Positions 48,158-57,952 of a stretch of 59,309 nt of DNA are shown one piece after another. Position 1 is the stretch's first letter, and each line of letters starts with the position of its first letter. The stretch lies in the IMG/VR virus record IMGVR_UViG_3300021256_000068; one strand, given 5' to 3'. Under the pieces are notes generated by a model. The model was not told where the DNA came from. It searched no databases and saw only the letters and a program-made list of their open reading frames with translations. Made by a program: the position numbers and the translations under genes. Source of the stretch: an uncultured virus (IMG/VR IMGVR_UViG_3300021256_000068). Its lineage: Duplodnaviria; Heunggongvirae; Uroviricota; Caudoviricetes.

Positions 48158-48275
48158 GCGGCGTAAAATCTTATTGATAATAAAGCAATTTTTATTGACA
48201 AACACCAGATTTTATAATATAATATAATTGTAAAAGATAAGATAAATATATTATTTATTTTAATGGAGGTTAGTT

Positions 48276-48626
48276 ATGGCAGACTATAATGAAATTTACA
48301 ATCGTATGCAATTTAATATTGAGTATACTGCAACGGAACTTAATGTTAGCGGAGCAACTATGACTGCTATGGCTAATCGAGGATTGGTAAGAAAAATTGC
48401 GGCGAAACCTTGCCGTTATGCGAAGATTGAAAACAAGATGGCAAAAATTATGGATATCGTAAAACAATTTGCAGACAAAGAATACTTCACTCTATTCAGG
48501 AGAGAAGAGAAGTTAGGTATGTTTTGCCGAATTAAGGCTGGTTGCATTGTAGATGCTTGGGATAAAGCTTATGATGTTAGTAATGTTTATAAAGTAAAAA
48601 TTGCAAATAAGGAGTTTGATGTATAA
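48276..48626 (+). CDS. Putative winged-helix-like protein
   Basis: YTATEL...SGATMTAMANRGLVRK; GGAGG RBS; promoter at 48195. Confidence 0.55.
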   Translation: MADYNEIYNRMQFNIEYTATELNVSGATMTAMANRGLVRKIAAKPCRYAKIENKMAKIMDIVKQFADKEYFTLFRREEKLGMFCRIKAGCIVDAWDKAYDVSNVYKVKIANKEFDV

Positions 48627-48862
48627 TGGAATTTAATTGGGCACAATTATTTATTGACTTCTCTCAAGGATTAGTTGAGGTAGCACAAGAAATGAATGAA
48701 GAACTAATTGGCTTAGTTAATGCGGCGAATTGTGATGCTAATTGCGATAAAATTATTGCTAAGGCAAGTCAATTAGATACTGATATGGATAGAATATTGA
48801 ATTTTGTAGAAAAATTTTACAAGGAAAGAGGGCTTAAAGATGTCAAGACAATGGGAAAATAA
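48626..48862 (+). CDS. Hypothetical protein
   Basis: TAATG coupling; AAGGAG RBS. Confidence 0.65.
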   Translation: MEFNWAQLFIDFSQGLVEVAQEMNEELIGLVNAANCDANCDKIIAKASQLDTDMDRILNFVEKFYKERGLKDVKTMGK

Positions 48863-49223
48863 GTTACATTTTGGTGGTAATTATAGTTTGTATCAAAGTT
48901 GCGGCGAAATGAGTGTTTATAAAAACCCAGAATTCGACCATTTGACTTTTAATCCAGATGAATATGCTAACGAAGCTAGTATGTGGGAAGATATAGCGAT
49001 TTTACAAAAAATGTTATTACGTAGTGGCAATGTTATTCGTGTTCGTCAAGAGGAACAATTAGTAATAGTTGAATGGACTTATGACAATAGTAGAGAGTAC
49101 TTTGGTGGAACTCATTTAGAATTCTTAACAGAAGACGAAATAGATTTAATTGATAGAATGCGTCAAGAAGATTGCGCCGCAATCCAAGATGCATTGAAGC
49201 CAAAGTTAATTGAATCCGAATAA
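48840..49223 (+). CDS. Hypothetical protein
   Basis: GAGG RBS; overlaps the previous gene. Confidence 0.65.
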   Translation: MSRQWENKLHFGGNYSLYQSCGEMSVYKNPEFDHLTFNPDEYANEASMWEDIAILQKMLLRSGNVIRVRQEEQLVIVEWTYDNSREYFGGTHLEFLTEDEIDLIDRMRQEDCAAIQDALKPKLIESE

Positions 49224-49486
49224 AAAATCACATAATTTATTCAAAAATTCGTTGACAAAGGCGAGAAATTATTATATAATATAGTTGTAAAGATAAAGAG
49301 AGAAATAATAGTTTTAACAACATCGGATGTTAGACAAGAACAAATCAAAGTATGAGACCCGTGTTGACCAAAAGAGTGGTTGGGTGTTAACAAATGAAAG
49401 TTTAAAACTACTTGATTTATCTTGACATAAAGTAGTACAAGCAAAGCGGCGAACCCGCAAAGAAAGGATTAATAGGTGGAACTATT

Positions 49487-49981
49487 ATGGCAAACAAGAC
49501 ATCAGAAAGAAAGATTACAGAAACTGACAACTTAATCGTTGCAGCATTAAAGAACGCCGGTACAGCGTTAACATTCGCTCAATTAAAGGAATTAATTACT
49601 TTACCTACAGGTAAGCCATTAGCGGCTGCACACATCACTCACGCTTTAACAATGGGTTTAATTGTTAAGGGAGATGAAGTAGAGGTTGAAGTAACTCGTA
49701 AGGCAAAGCGTTCAACTTATGTTTATGTTAATTCAGACGTAGCAAAGAAAGCGGACGGAAAGCCATTCAATTACAATGAAAAAGAATTAGCAATCTTAAA
49801 GTATGCTGAAACTGCTGATGGTGCATTCACTATTGCAGGTTTAAATGAAGCTTTAGGAACTGATTACAAGCCAGGTACATTCACTGCATTAGTTAATAAG
49901 GGTAATTTAGCTAAGGGCGAAGATGTTGAATACGATAAGGCAACAAGAGAAAAGAAAGCAACTTATTTCGTAGCTGAATAG
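49487..49981 (+). CDS. Tandem winged-helix-like protein, paralog 4
   Basis: Two repeats of helix...T...L..KG(D/E)(E/D)VE...YxY/YF, related to 41487 and 46494. Confidence 0.6.
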   Translation: MANKTSERKITETDNLIVAALKNAGTALTFAQLKELITLPTGKPLAAAHITHALTMGLIVKGDEVEVEVTRKAKRSTYVYVNSDVAKKADGKPFNYNEKELAILKYAETADGAFTIAGLNEALGTDYKPGTFTALVNKGNLAKGEDVEYDKATREKKATYFVAE

Positions 49982-49984
49982 TCA

Positions 49985-50445
49985 AATAGTTGCGGCGAAA
50001 ACTCGTTCATAATGACCAATAAGGGTAATGTCTTTAAACTTTCCCTAGGCGTATAAAAATGAGTTTTAAAACTAAATGCCGAAGAATAACTCAACTTTGA
50101 CAAACAACCGAATGAAAGTAATGTTGTAAAACTATCTTTTATTCAAAGAAAGAATGAATTCAAATTATCTTTCAAGCAAAGTAAGCCAAATACTTTTGAG
50201 GCAAGGACTCATTCGTTAATTAGGCGTTGGTACTTGTAGGTAAAGCCAATCAAAACTACCTTCTGATTTAGTAATTATTACGCAAATTACGTGACTTAGT
50301 TCAGTTCAATAGTAATTGAAATCGTGCGATAACACTTATCACGAACTCTATGAAGTGTGATGCGTTCACTGCTAAAGTGTGATAGACCTAGTAAAGTGAG
50401 TAAGGATTTCCGCTAACTGAAAATTTTACTAGGTTTTTTCTGCTT
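49985..50445 (+). ncRNA. Putative structured RNA downstream of wHTH paralog 4
   Basis: No ORF of 60 aa or more; hairpins; ends ACCTAGTAAA...TTTACTAGGTTTTTT. Confidence 0.4.
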
Positions 50446-50834
50446 GAAAAAGATGAGCGGCGATAAAAATCATTGATATCAATACTTTGGTATTAAAATG
50501 GCATTTTGTACGGAAGGCTTTAGATGTCACGTTGGAACGTTCGAAATTGGAATGAATAGAGTTATCTATTCGTCGATACTGCGCGGCAAGCCGCTTGTAT
50601 CTTACTTATATCTAACTGCCTCGCTGCGCTCGGCGTAATAATTTTTTATAAAGATAATGATTTTGGATAGACAATGAAAATTTAAAATAAATCAAGAAAA
50701 AATCATTCTAAGAAGGAAAAATTACTTAGCTTTATATGTGTTATAGAACACTTTTTTAACAAAAGCCTAATTTTATCGGATCTTTTCTTGACACTTACTA
50801 AAAAACATACTATATTAATTGTAGAGGTGATAAA

Positions 50835-51488
50835 GTGAGTAGTATTATAGTGAATGATGTAGCACTACAAACAAATAATAAATATTTAATCTTAACAGAT
50901 AAGGAACTGTTTACACCGAGTACTGAGTTTATATACTATTGTATTTGATATCGTTTTAGTTTAAAAGAACACACTTTTAACATCACTCGTAGTCTAAAAC
51001 AAAAGAGTGCTTTTATATCTTACGAAATAACAGATAGATTCGATAAAGAAATTGCTGAGTATTGCGGCGAAATTCAATGGCGTACCCTTTGTAAACATCT
51101 AAATATCTATAAGGAAAAGAGATACGAAGATAAAAAGGGAGACTTTTTATTGGTGATACCTTTTCCTATTGTGGATTATGTTATACAAACAATAATGAAG
51201 TGCGGACTAAAACCACAAGCTTGAAGTGGTCTTTTTAGAGAATGGTGTTATTATTGAATGTCATGCCATGCTGCGAATGGTATTGCTAGAATTACACAAG
51301 ATGGCGGCGCAAAAAAGATTGGTGTCACAAAGCGAATTTTTAATGATGCAACTTTAAATTTAATAAAACTAGGTTTGATTGAAAGACATGGAAAATTTCG
51401 TTTTGGTGTAGATTATTCATATGGTTATTCTTATAAAATACCAGATTCTATATTAGAATTAAGTGAAAATGATTGAGATTTAGAATAA
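50835..51488 (+). CDS. C-terminal HTH protein, possibly replication-related (4 TGA=Trp)
   Basis: GAGGTG RBS and GTG start; TGA at 50946, 51222, 51255 and 51474; ITQDGGAKKIGVTKRIF...LIKLGLIER. Confidence 0.65.
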
Positions 51489-51590
51489 AATTCATTGAAA
51501 TTTTTTAATGAGATTAGTTAATTATATATTGACAAAATGAAGAAAATACTATATAATATAATTGTAATAATAGGAAAGGAATAAAATTAT

Positions 51591-51890
51591 ATGATAAGAA
51601 AGACAGTTGAAATTGATTTAACAGGTGAATATTATGCAGTTCAAAATATACAAATAGATTCTGCTGGAGGTATTAATGTAAATCCTATAGTTGCAAAAAA
51701 TTACTACGCAGAAGCCGATAATTATATTAAGGATAAAATTGTACAATTACAAATTATGTATGGAAAAGATAATGTTATTTTTAGTTTTGACCCAGTAAAG
51801 AAGAGATATACAGTAAAAGTTTCATATGATGCAGAAGTGGCTAAGGGTAGTTTTATTGTTATTTATGCCATCACAAAACTTTATCTATAA
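51591..51890 (+). CDS. Hypothetical protein
   Basis: Own promoter (51529) and RBS. Confidence 0.65.
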   Translation: MIRKTVEIDLTGEYYAVQNIQIDSAGGINVNPIVAKNYYAEADNYIKDKIVQLQIMYGKDNVIFSFDPVKKRYTVKVSYDAEVAKGSFIVIYAITKLYL

Positions 51891-51984
51891 AATTTAAAAT
51901 CTTATTGACAAAGAGTAAAAAGTATTATATAATATAATTGTAAAAGATAGATAGAGAATATATGATTTTTAAAGGAGGATTAGT

Positions 51985-52191
51985 ATGACAGTATATAATA
52001 GTTATAACAGAATAGTTGCTTTTGAAGGTTCTTATCAAGAGTGCTTAGATTGGATGTTCAATCAGGCTGACTCATTAGGTAACGGTGCGAAGTTATATCG
52101 TACTTGGACTGACGAGAATGGAGATACATTCTATGATGTCGGTAGAGTTTATATCTTCAACGGTAAGCCTGAAAATAATACTAAAAATTAG
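51985..52191 (+). CDS. Hypothetical protein
   Basis: Own promoter (51905); AAGGAGG RBS. Confidence 0.7.
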   Translation: MTVYNSYNRIVAFEGSYQECLDWMFNQADSLGNGAKLYRTWTDENGDTFYDVGRVYIFNGKPENNTKN

Positions 52192-52291
52192 TTAAAATCT
52201 TATTGACAAAGTATGAAAAATACTATATAATATAATTGTAAAAGATAAGATAAAGATATTATTTTATTTATCTAGGAAAGGATTGGGTTTT

Positions 52292-52603
52292 ATGGAAAAT
52301 AGAGAATTAATTAATTGTGTTGTAAATACAACTATTGACTTCTTACGTGAAAATTACAGAGGTTTAAATAGTGAATTCTATTGTGAAGTTGAAGATGTTA
52401 ATTATGGATATGATGAAGGCGATTATAATGATGCATATGTAACAGTTAAATGTAGATGCGGTCGTTATAGAGAAGGCGGAGATAAAGATTACAACTTCAA
52501 TTATGACTTCACTTTAAGTGATGTTCAAGATAAATCTGCTGACTTTATTGCTGGTATGATTCATGTTATCTTAGCAGTAAAGATGGACTTCTATGACATT
52601 TAA
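52292..52603 (+). CDS. Acidic hypothetical protein
   Basis: Own promoter (52203) and RBS. Confidence 0.65.
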   Translation: MENRELINCVVNTTIDFLRENYRGLNSEFYCEVEDVNYGYDEGDYNDAYVTVKCRCGRYREGGDKDYNFNYDFTLSDVQDKSADFIAGMIHVILAVKMDFYDI

Positions 52604-52664
52604 AAATTATTGAAAATAAGTTAAAAACTTATTGACAAAACCTGAAAAGTATTATATAATATAA

Positions 52665-53365
52665 TTGTAAAAGATAAGATAAAATATTTATTTTAAAGTG
52701 AGAAACCTTATGGGTTGAAACAAAACTACGGGTTCGTTCTCACAAGTGCCATATCTAGGGACGGAGTTGCAACTTAAAGTCGAAAGATAGCCCGAAGGCA
52801 ATGAAAAGAGTGTTGGGTTATGGCTAAAAAATATTTTAAAAATTATCTAAAAACTTATTGACAAACCATACAAAGTATTGTATAATATAAATACAATAAG
52901 TTAATAAAGAATAAAAGAATTAATGTTAAGACGAACAATCGAACGGAGTGATCGACCACGATTGAGAGGTTCGTGCTGGAGTGACAGTCTTCGGAAAGTG
53001 AGTGAAGAATAGAGTTTCCCATCTCTAGAAAAATGCCGACATAAGAAATACTCATGGGGTCGGATAAAATCAACCAAAAACATTATTACTTTTATTCAAA
53101 AACTTATTGACAAAGTCTAAAACTTATTATATAATATTTATGTAATAAGATAAAGAAAAATAAAAAATTATTTGAGGAACAGCTCCCACTCAGGCGTATA
53201 CCCCTCGTTAAAAAACAAAGAAGATGAGCGTTAGTCCACGACACGGACAACTTAATGGCAATGGTAACTCTAAGGCGGAGTTCTAGGATGGCAACCTGTA
53301 AGACCTTATCTCGTTATTGAGATGGCAAAAGACTTAGTCCTGCTGATGTTAGCGGCGCCACTTCC
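52665..53365 (+). ncRNA. Series of short promoter-driven putative ncRNAs
   Basis: Promoters at 52632, 52858 and 53107, each followed by GC-richer hairpin-forming sequence with no RBS-led ORF. Confidence 0.45.
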
Positions 53366-53370
53366 TATAT

Positions 53371-53448
53371 GCCCGATTAGTCGAACCGGTCAAGACACCA
53401 CCCTTTCAAGGTCGGAGATCGAGGGTTCAACTCCCTCCTCGGGTACCA
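53371..53448 (+). tRNA. tRNA-Glu (TTC), with one bulged base in the anticodon stem
   Basis: GCCCGA/TCGGGT acceptor; CCACC-CTTTCAA-GGT(C)GG; GAGGG-TTCAACT-CCCTC; encoded CCA. Confidence 0.8.
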
Positions 53449-53601
53449 AATAAAAATCAATGGAGAAAATCTAACATTGCGGCGGCAAATCGAACGACAC
53501 TCCTTAACAACGGTATGCGAGCAAAACACGCAATTAATTATTCCTTCATAAAAATTGGTTCTAAGGTTTACACCCTCCTTTCATTACCTTAGAACCCACA
53601 T

Positions 53602-53678
53602 TGCAGTTGAGTGAAACGGATAATCATACAAGGCTCATACCCTCGTGATAATGGGTTCGACTCCCATAACTGCGTCCA
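53602..53678 (+). tRNA. tRNA with CAT anticodon (Met/fMet; Ile2 not excluded)
   Basis: TGCAGTT/AACTGCG acceptor; CTCATAC loop; ATGGG-TTCGACT-CCCAT; encoded CCA. Confidence 0.85.
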
Positions 53679-54057
53679 AATGGCGGACCAAGTTGGTTAG
53701 TTTCCAGTGCAAATCTGGTTTTCGTCCCAAAACACCCACGCGGCACTAATCAGAGGTGCTAAGCAAAAGACGTCAAAACGTGAATTGATGTGCCGCACCC
53801 TTTCCTAAATAGGAACAAGTTAGGCTAAGACTTGTAAAATGAAGTATGGCTAGGTAGGTAACCCGAATGACACCGAAAAAAATCTTTGAAAATAATGTAA
53901 AAGTTATTGACAAAGTGCATAAGATATTATATAATATATATGTAATAAGATAAAGAGAATAAATAAAAAATTATTTCAAAGTTAGGCGAGTTAAAAAGTT
54001 TTTGAATAAATGAAAAAACTTATTGACAAAACCTAAAAAGTATGATATAATATATAT

Positions 54058-56586
54058 GTAAGGAACAAAAGAGAAATAATTATCTGAACTCTGAAGCGAG
54101 TGTTCGAGCACCTCCTCTCGAATGCTCTCTTGAGAGTTCAGCTAACTCTCCCATCTCATTCAAGATGGTCGGAAGATTCCAATCGCAAGACGCCAGTTCT
54201 CGGACTTCGGTCGTGGACACAATGCGATTAATAAATGATTGACGGACTCCGAGATATACCTATAGCAGGTTGAATAGAAATAAACCGTGCCGATACCTCT
54301 TCTCGTTACGAGGTAGGGACTCCAACACTTCCTTTATCCAACTGTTGGTTGACTTAAAACACCCACTAAGTGAACAGGGTATGGGCTAGTCTGACCAATA
54401 AGTCCACTTTGAGGTTCATAGTTTTCCAAAACTAATAAAAACTATTGCGTTAGTTGATACGATAGGAAACTCGTGGTAGGTACTGGGCGGGAAGTTACAA
54501 GGTTTGTTAGACCGATAACCCACTAAAACCTTTAAGTTGTAGTTGCTTATAAAACTGCTAATAGGAACTAAGGTACTTTATGTAAGTTTGCACTTAGTTA
54601 CCGAAAATGATAAAAACTGCCGTAGAACGTGCTTGGTAATTGCTCTAACTACGAGATAATACTCTTAGAGTATAAAACACTGGTAATTATCACACGCAGG
54701 TTACCGATTAGCGTGTCTAAAATTGGAAGTTCCAAGTAAATAGATTGGTCGGCGTCTGTTTCGTATTTCACAACGTCGTGAGTTTAAGACAAATTGTCGC
54801 AAAGCAAGAGTTCTTAACTAAAATTCCTTAGGTAGCTTAAGCTCTTCACATCAAAAATGAAGCGATGGTATGTAGTTTTCTATGATTGTTCAAGTTCTAC
54901 ATCAAAACCAAAACTGAACTCAATTACACGTACAACATAAAGGCGTTTGATTGACGTGTATAAATAAAGGGATGCCGCAAACTATCTTGCGAAAGACCTT
55001 ATCGGCTAGTAATAAGATTTGTCGTGATATGATACGGAAGAGATAAGGTTGCCTCCAAACTGGGAGGGATAACAAATGCAGTAAGGTTGAGTAATATTAA
55101 ATTATTGCGAGCAATTGGCTGGTTGTGGCGTATCCACAATAAAAGTATCCAGTTTCAATCCCTTTAACACGTGGGCGTAGTGGACCACCACCGTGACCTG
55201 TGCGGTCAGGGCGTAGATGAGATATTCACTTCTATCCGTAGTAGATATTCTTTCGTTACAATAAACTCGAGTTTAAAAATGTAAAGTTCTCGAAAAAACT
55301 TTCATGGTTGAGGAAACCTTCCCTACTTGCACTAGGGCATCAACATTCCGATGGCGATTATTAGAGCCTTGAATACTAATTGTGCGGCAACCATTGAACG
55401 AGGAACGCAGACCTTGCGAGATGGGCGATATGCTGGCGACACCTGAGTGGCGGGCGTCCACTTGACATTTTGAGCATTTTTGTTTCAATAGGAAAAACAA
55501 AACCGTGGTCTGCACGAAAAAAAGATGGTTTTTATAATATGTTTACCAATAAACGTATGAGCTTTCCGTTGTTTCCTGAAATAAACAATGTGGCGTTGTA
55601 AGTTTGAACAGAGAGAACTTTCAGTCTACCACACACTTAGCGGTGGGAACCTTGAGAGTGATAATGGGAACTCTTCGTATGACACGTACATCATTGACTT
55701 TCATAAGTTCAACAGGAACTCTATAGTGGCATATGACACTATCTTCTAAAAACCCTCAATGCGATGCGATGCATTCGAAGCCTCTCCATTGAGCCCCACC
55801 CGACTGCGAGAGATACAACGCTGTCTAGATGCTGACGCCGTGCTTTGACGGTGGCAAGTTGGGTACATAATCGGGGTTAGTTGTGGCAACTAGGAAAGCC
55901 ACACAGACTGTTCTCAATAAGAAAAGGGACACGTACCATAGGTGCGTAGCGAAAGCGTGCTGGTGCAAATCCAGTCAGTCTAATGATAAAAAGAACCATT
56001 CATTATATTTGGTCAGTGAGAGAACACTAAAAACACATTTGGAGTCAATTCTAAGATAAGTCTCGACTCGTTAATAAACAAAACTTATCGACAGTAATAC
56101 GTTGGCGGAGTATGTAGGTGTACGCAGCATGAGAGTATAATCAGTTAAAAGCTAACTCTACGGGATTATACCACCTCTCCATAACGGTGACCCGAAGCAA
56201 GAGAGCGACGACCCATCCCTAACTCTTCCGTATTATGACAGTGCTGGGGCAGGCAAGACCTGGGACGCACGAACTTCTGACTACTCGAAAGGAAGTAGTA
56301 ACCGTCATACTGCGGGTCCAGCAGTCACTGACACTCGCCATAGGATACCTTTTATACGCCGTGTCCCCAAATGGCAAATTAACGGTCAAGTAGCATAAAC
56401 CTGTGACCACATAAACTAAGTATGCCGAACGGTTTGATTAGCCTTCGTTAATATAGTAATTAGTAACTGATACAATCACTTAGCGATTGTTCCGAACACC
56501 TTCGGGGTTCGAGAGGTCAGTAATTTTCACTGAGTTTGATAACCGTAAAATAATACTCAGCGTCCGTGCAATACGGACTTTTTTTA
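54058..56586 (+). ncRNA. About 2.5 kb putative structured non-coding transcript(s)
   Basis: Tandem promoters at 53907 and 54023; no plus-strand ORF of 60 aa or more; raised GC; hairpins and pseudoknots; terminator at the end. Confidence 0.6.
56562..56586 (+). terminator. Intrinsic terminator
   Basis: GTCCGT-GCAAT-ACGGAC-TTTTTTT. Confidence 0.85.
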
Positions 56587-56828
56587 TGCCTTGAATTGAA
56601 AGCGGAAAAACACTTCGGACCGTGGCGCCGAACCTCGATTACGCCGCGTAAACTTTTGGGCATAAAAATTTATGTTTAAGTAAAATTTCGCACGGTTTCC
56701 TTTACTTAAAAGTGACTAAGCCGATTTTAAGTAAAAGAAACGGTTATTATTCGCGGACTTATTTAAAAAATCATTGACAAAAGGAAAAAGATAATATATA
56801 ATATTAATATAAAGAAAAGAGGTACAAA

Positions 56829-57374
56829 ATGAATAAGTTTTTCGCACATTTAAAAACAATAAAAATTCATAGAAAAGCCGTTAGGCATTTTTGCTTTAAA
56901 ATGGGGATACCATTACAGGGATTACTGCACGACTTATCGAAGTATTCTATAACAGAGTTAAGTCAATATAAATACTACACTGGCAAGCATAGTCCTCACG
57001 AAGAAATGAGAAATAAAATAGGATATTCTAATTCTTGGTATCATCATAGAAATAAAAATAAACATCATTGGGAATACTGGATCGATTCGCTCGAAAGAGG
57101 AACTGCGGTAAAAATGCCATATAAGTATGTTATTGAGATGTTGTGCGATATGTGCGCGGCAGGATATGCTTATAATGGTAAAAATTGGCAACCAAAAGAT
57201 GTTTTAGAGTATTGGGTAAAGCATAGCGGATCTCATCGCATTATCAATCCAGCAACAATCGGACTTTACACTGTTTTATTAAAGAATTTAAGCGATTTTA
57301 ATGATTTTGATAAGTTCGCTGATTGGTATAAAGGTGCAAAGGATTCTTTGAAAGCTTGGTATAAAAAACAATAA
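56829..57374 (+). CDS. HD-like metal-binding protein (DUF5662-like)
   Basis: H...H, HDLSKY, HH..NKHHWEYW and MP.KY..EMLCD motifs. Confidence 0.75.
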   Translation: MNKFFAHLKTIKIHRKAVRHFCFKMGIPLQGLLHDLSKYSITELSQYKYYTGKHSPHEEMRNKIGYSNSWYHHRNKNKHHWEYWIDSLERGTAVKMPYKYVIEMLCDMCAAGYAYNGKNWQPKDVLEYWVKHSGSHRIINPATIGLYTVLLKNLSDFNDFDKFADWYKGAKDSLKAWYKKQ

Positions 57375-57464
57375 AATGCTCTTTTATAGGGCATTTTTTA
57401 TTGACAAAGAGAGAAAAATATAATATAATATTAATATAAGATATAAGGAAAGGAAATATATAAA

Positions 57465-57812
57465 ATGCAATTTATACAATTTAAAACTGATATGCGTGGA
57501 ATAGAATATAAAGTACAATCTCCAGACGGGACAATAGAAACACGTAAAGAGGATATTCCTATTGCAGTAGGTGCGTGTCCAAAATGCGGCGCAATTTTGT
57601 TTAGTCAAGAAGGAATGATTGGCGAAACGTTACATAAGATTGCTTCTAAACAAATGGGAAATACTGCCGCTTACTGTCATAATTGCGGCGAAAATTACTG
57701 CGTTGGTCCAGTTCTTAATGCACAATATGAAATTATTGATACTGTTGATGAAGAGGAGAAGAAAGATGACTCAAGCGGAGAAAATGCTAATTCTACTACT
57801 GAAAACAAGTAA
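57465..57812 (+). CDS. Zn-ribbon protein
   Basis: CPKC and CHNC; promoter at 57401. Confidence 0.7.
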   Translation: MQFIQFKTDMRGIEYKVQSPDGTIETRKEDIPIAVGACPKCGAILFSQEGMIGETLHKIASKQMGNTAAYCHNCGENYCVGPVLNAQYEIIDTVDEEEKKDDSSGENANSTTENK

Positions 57813-57951
57813 TTTCAATAGTTTATTGGATTATTATGGACAATTTTTTATTTGTTTTGATGAATTAGGACGTGAAGTTGAAATAAATAAAGAGGATTTT
57901 GAATATTTATGCAGCCTTGTGCCGCAAGATAAGATTGTGAGGGCAGAATAA
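57766..57951 (+). CDS. Small hypothetical protein
   Basis: GAGGAG upstream of ATG 57766; coupled to the next gene. Confidence 0.55.
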   Translation: MTQAEKMLILLLKTSNFNSLLDYYGQFFICFDELGREVEINKEDFEYLCSLVPQDKIVRAE

Positions 57952-57952
57952 A

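Noticed and set aside
53371..53448. Possible UGA-suppressor tRNA (TCA lies within CTTTCAA and the stem has an extra base)
   Set aside because: The register that centres TCA destroys anticodon-stem pairing, and the body resembles tRNA-Glu(TTC).
54774..55074. rRNA fragments (AACGTCGTGAG and GGGATAACA resemble 23S motifs)
   Set aside because: Only 9-11 nt matches, in the wrong order and without flanking similarity.
55275..55482. RNase P RNA (GAGGAAA-like motif with terminal pairing)
   Set aside because: The GAGGAAAGTCC motif and the matching 3' P4 strand are not convincingly present. It needs a covariance model search.
1107..57608. Short antisense or overlapping ORFs in the track (e.g. 1107, 5685, 12056, 14033, 24635, 29933, 39016, 45993, 55273, 56958)
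   Set aside because: They are shadows of real genes or of AT-rich and non-coding DNA, with no RBS and implausible composition.
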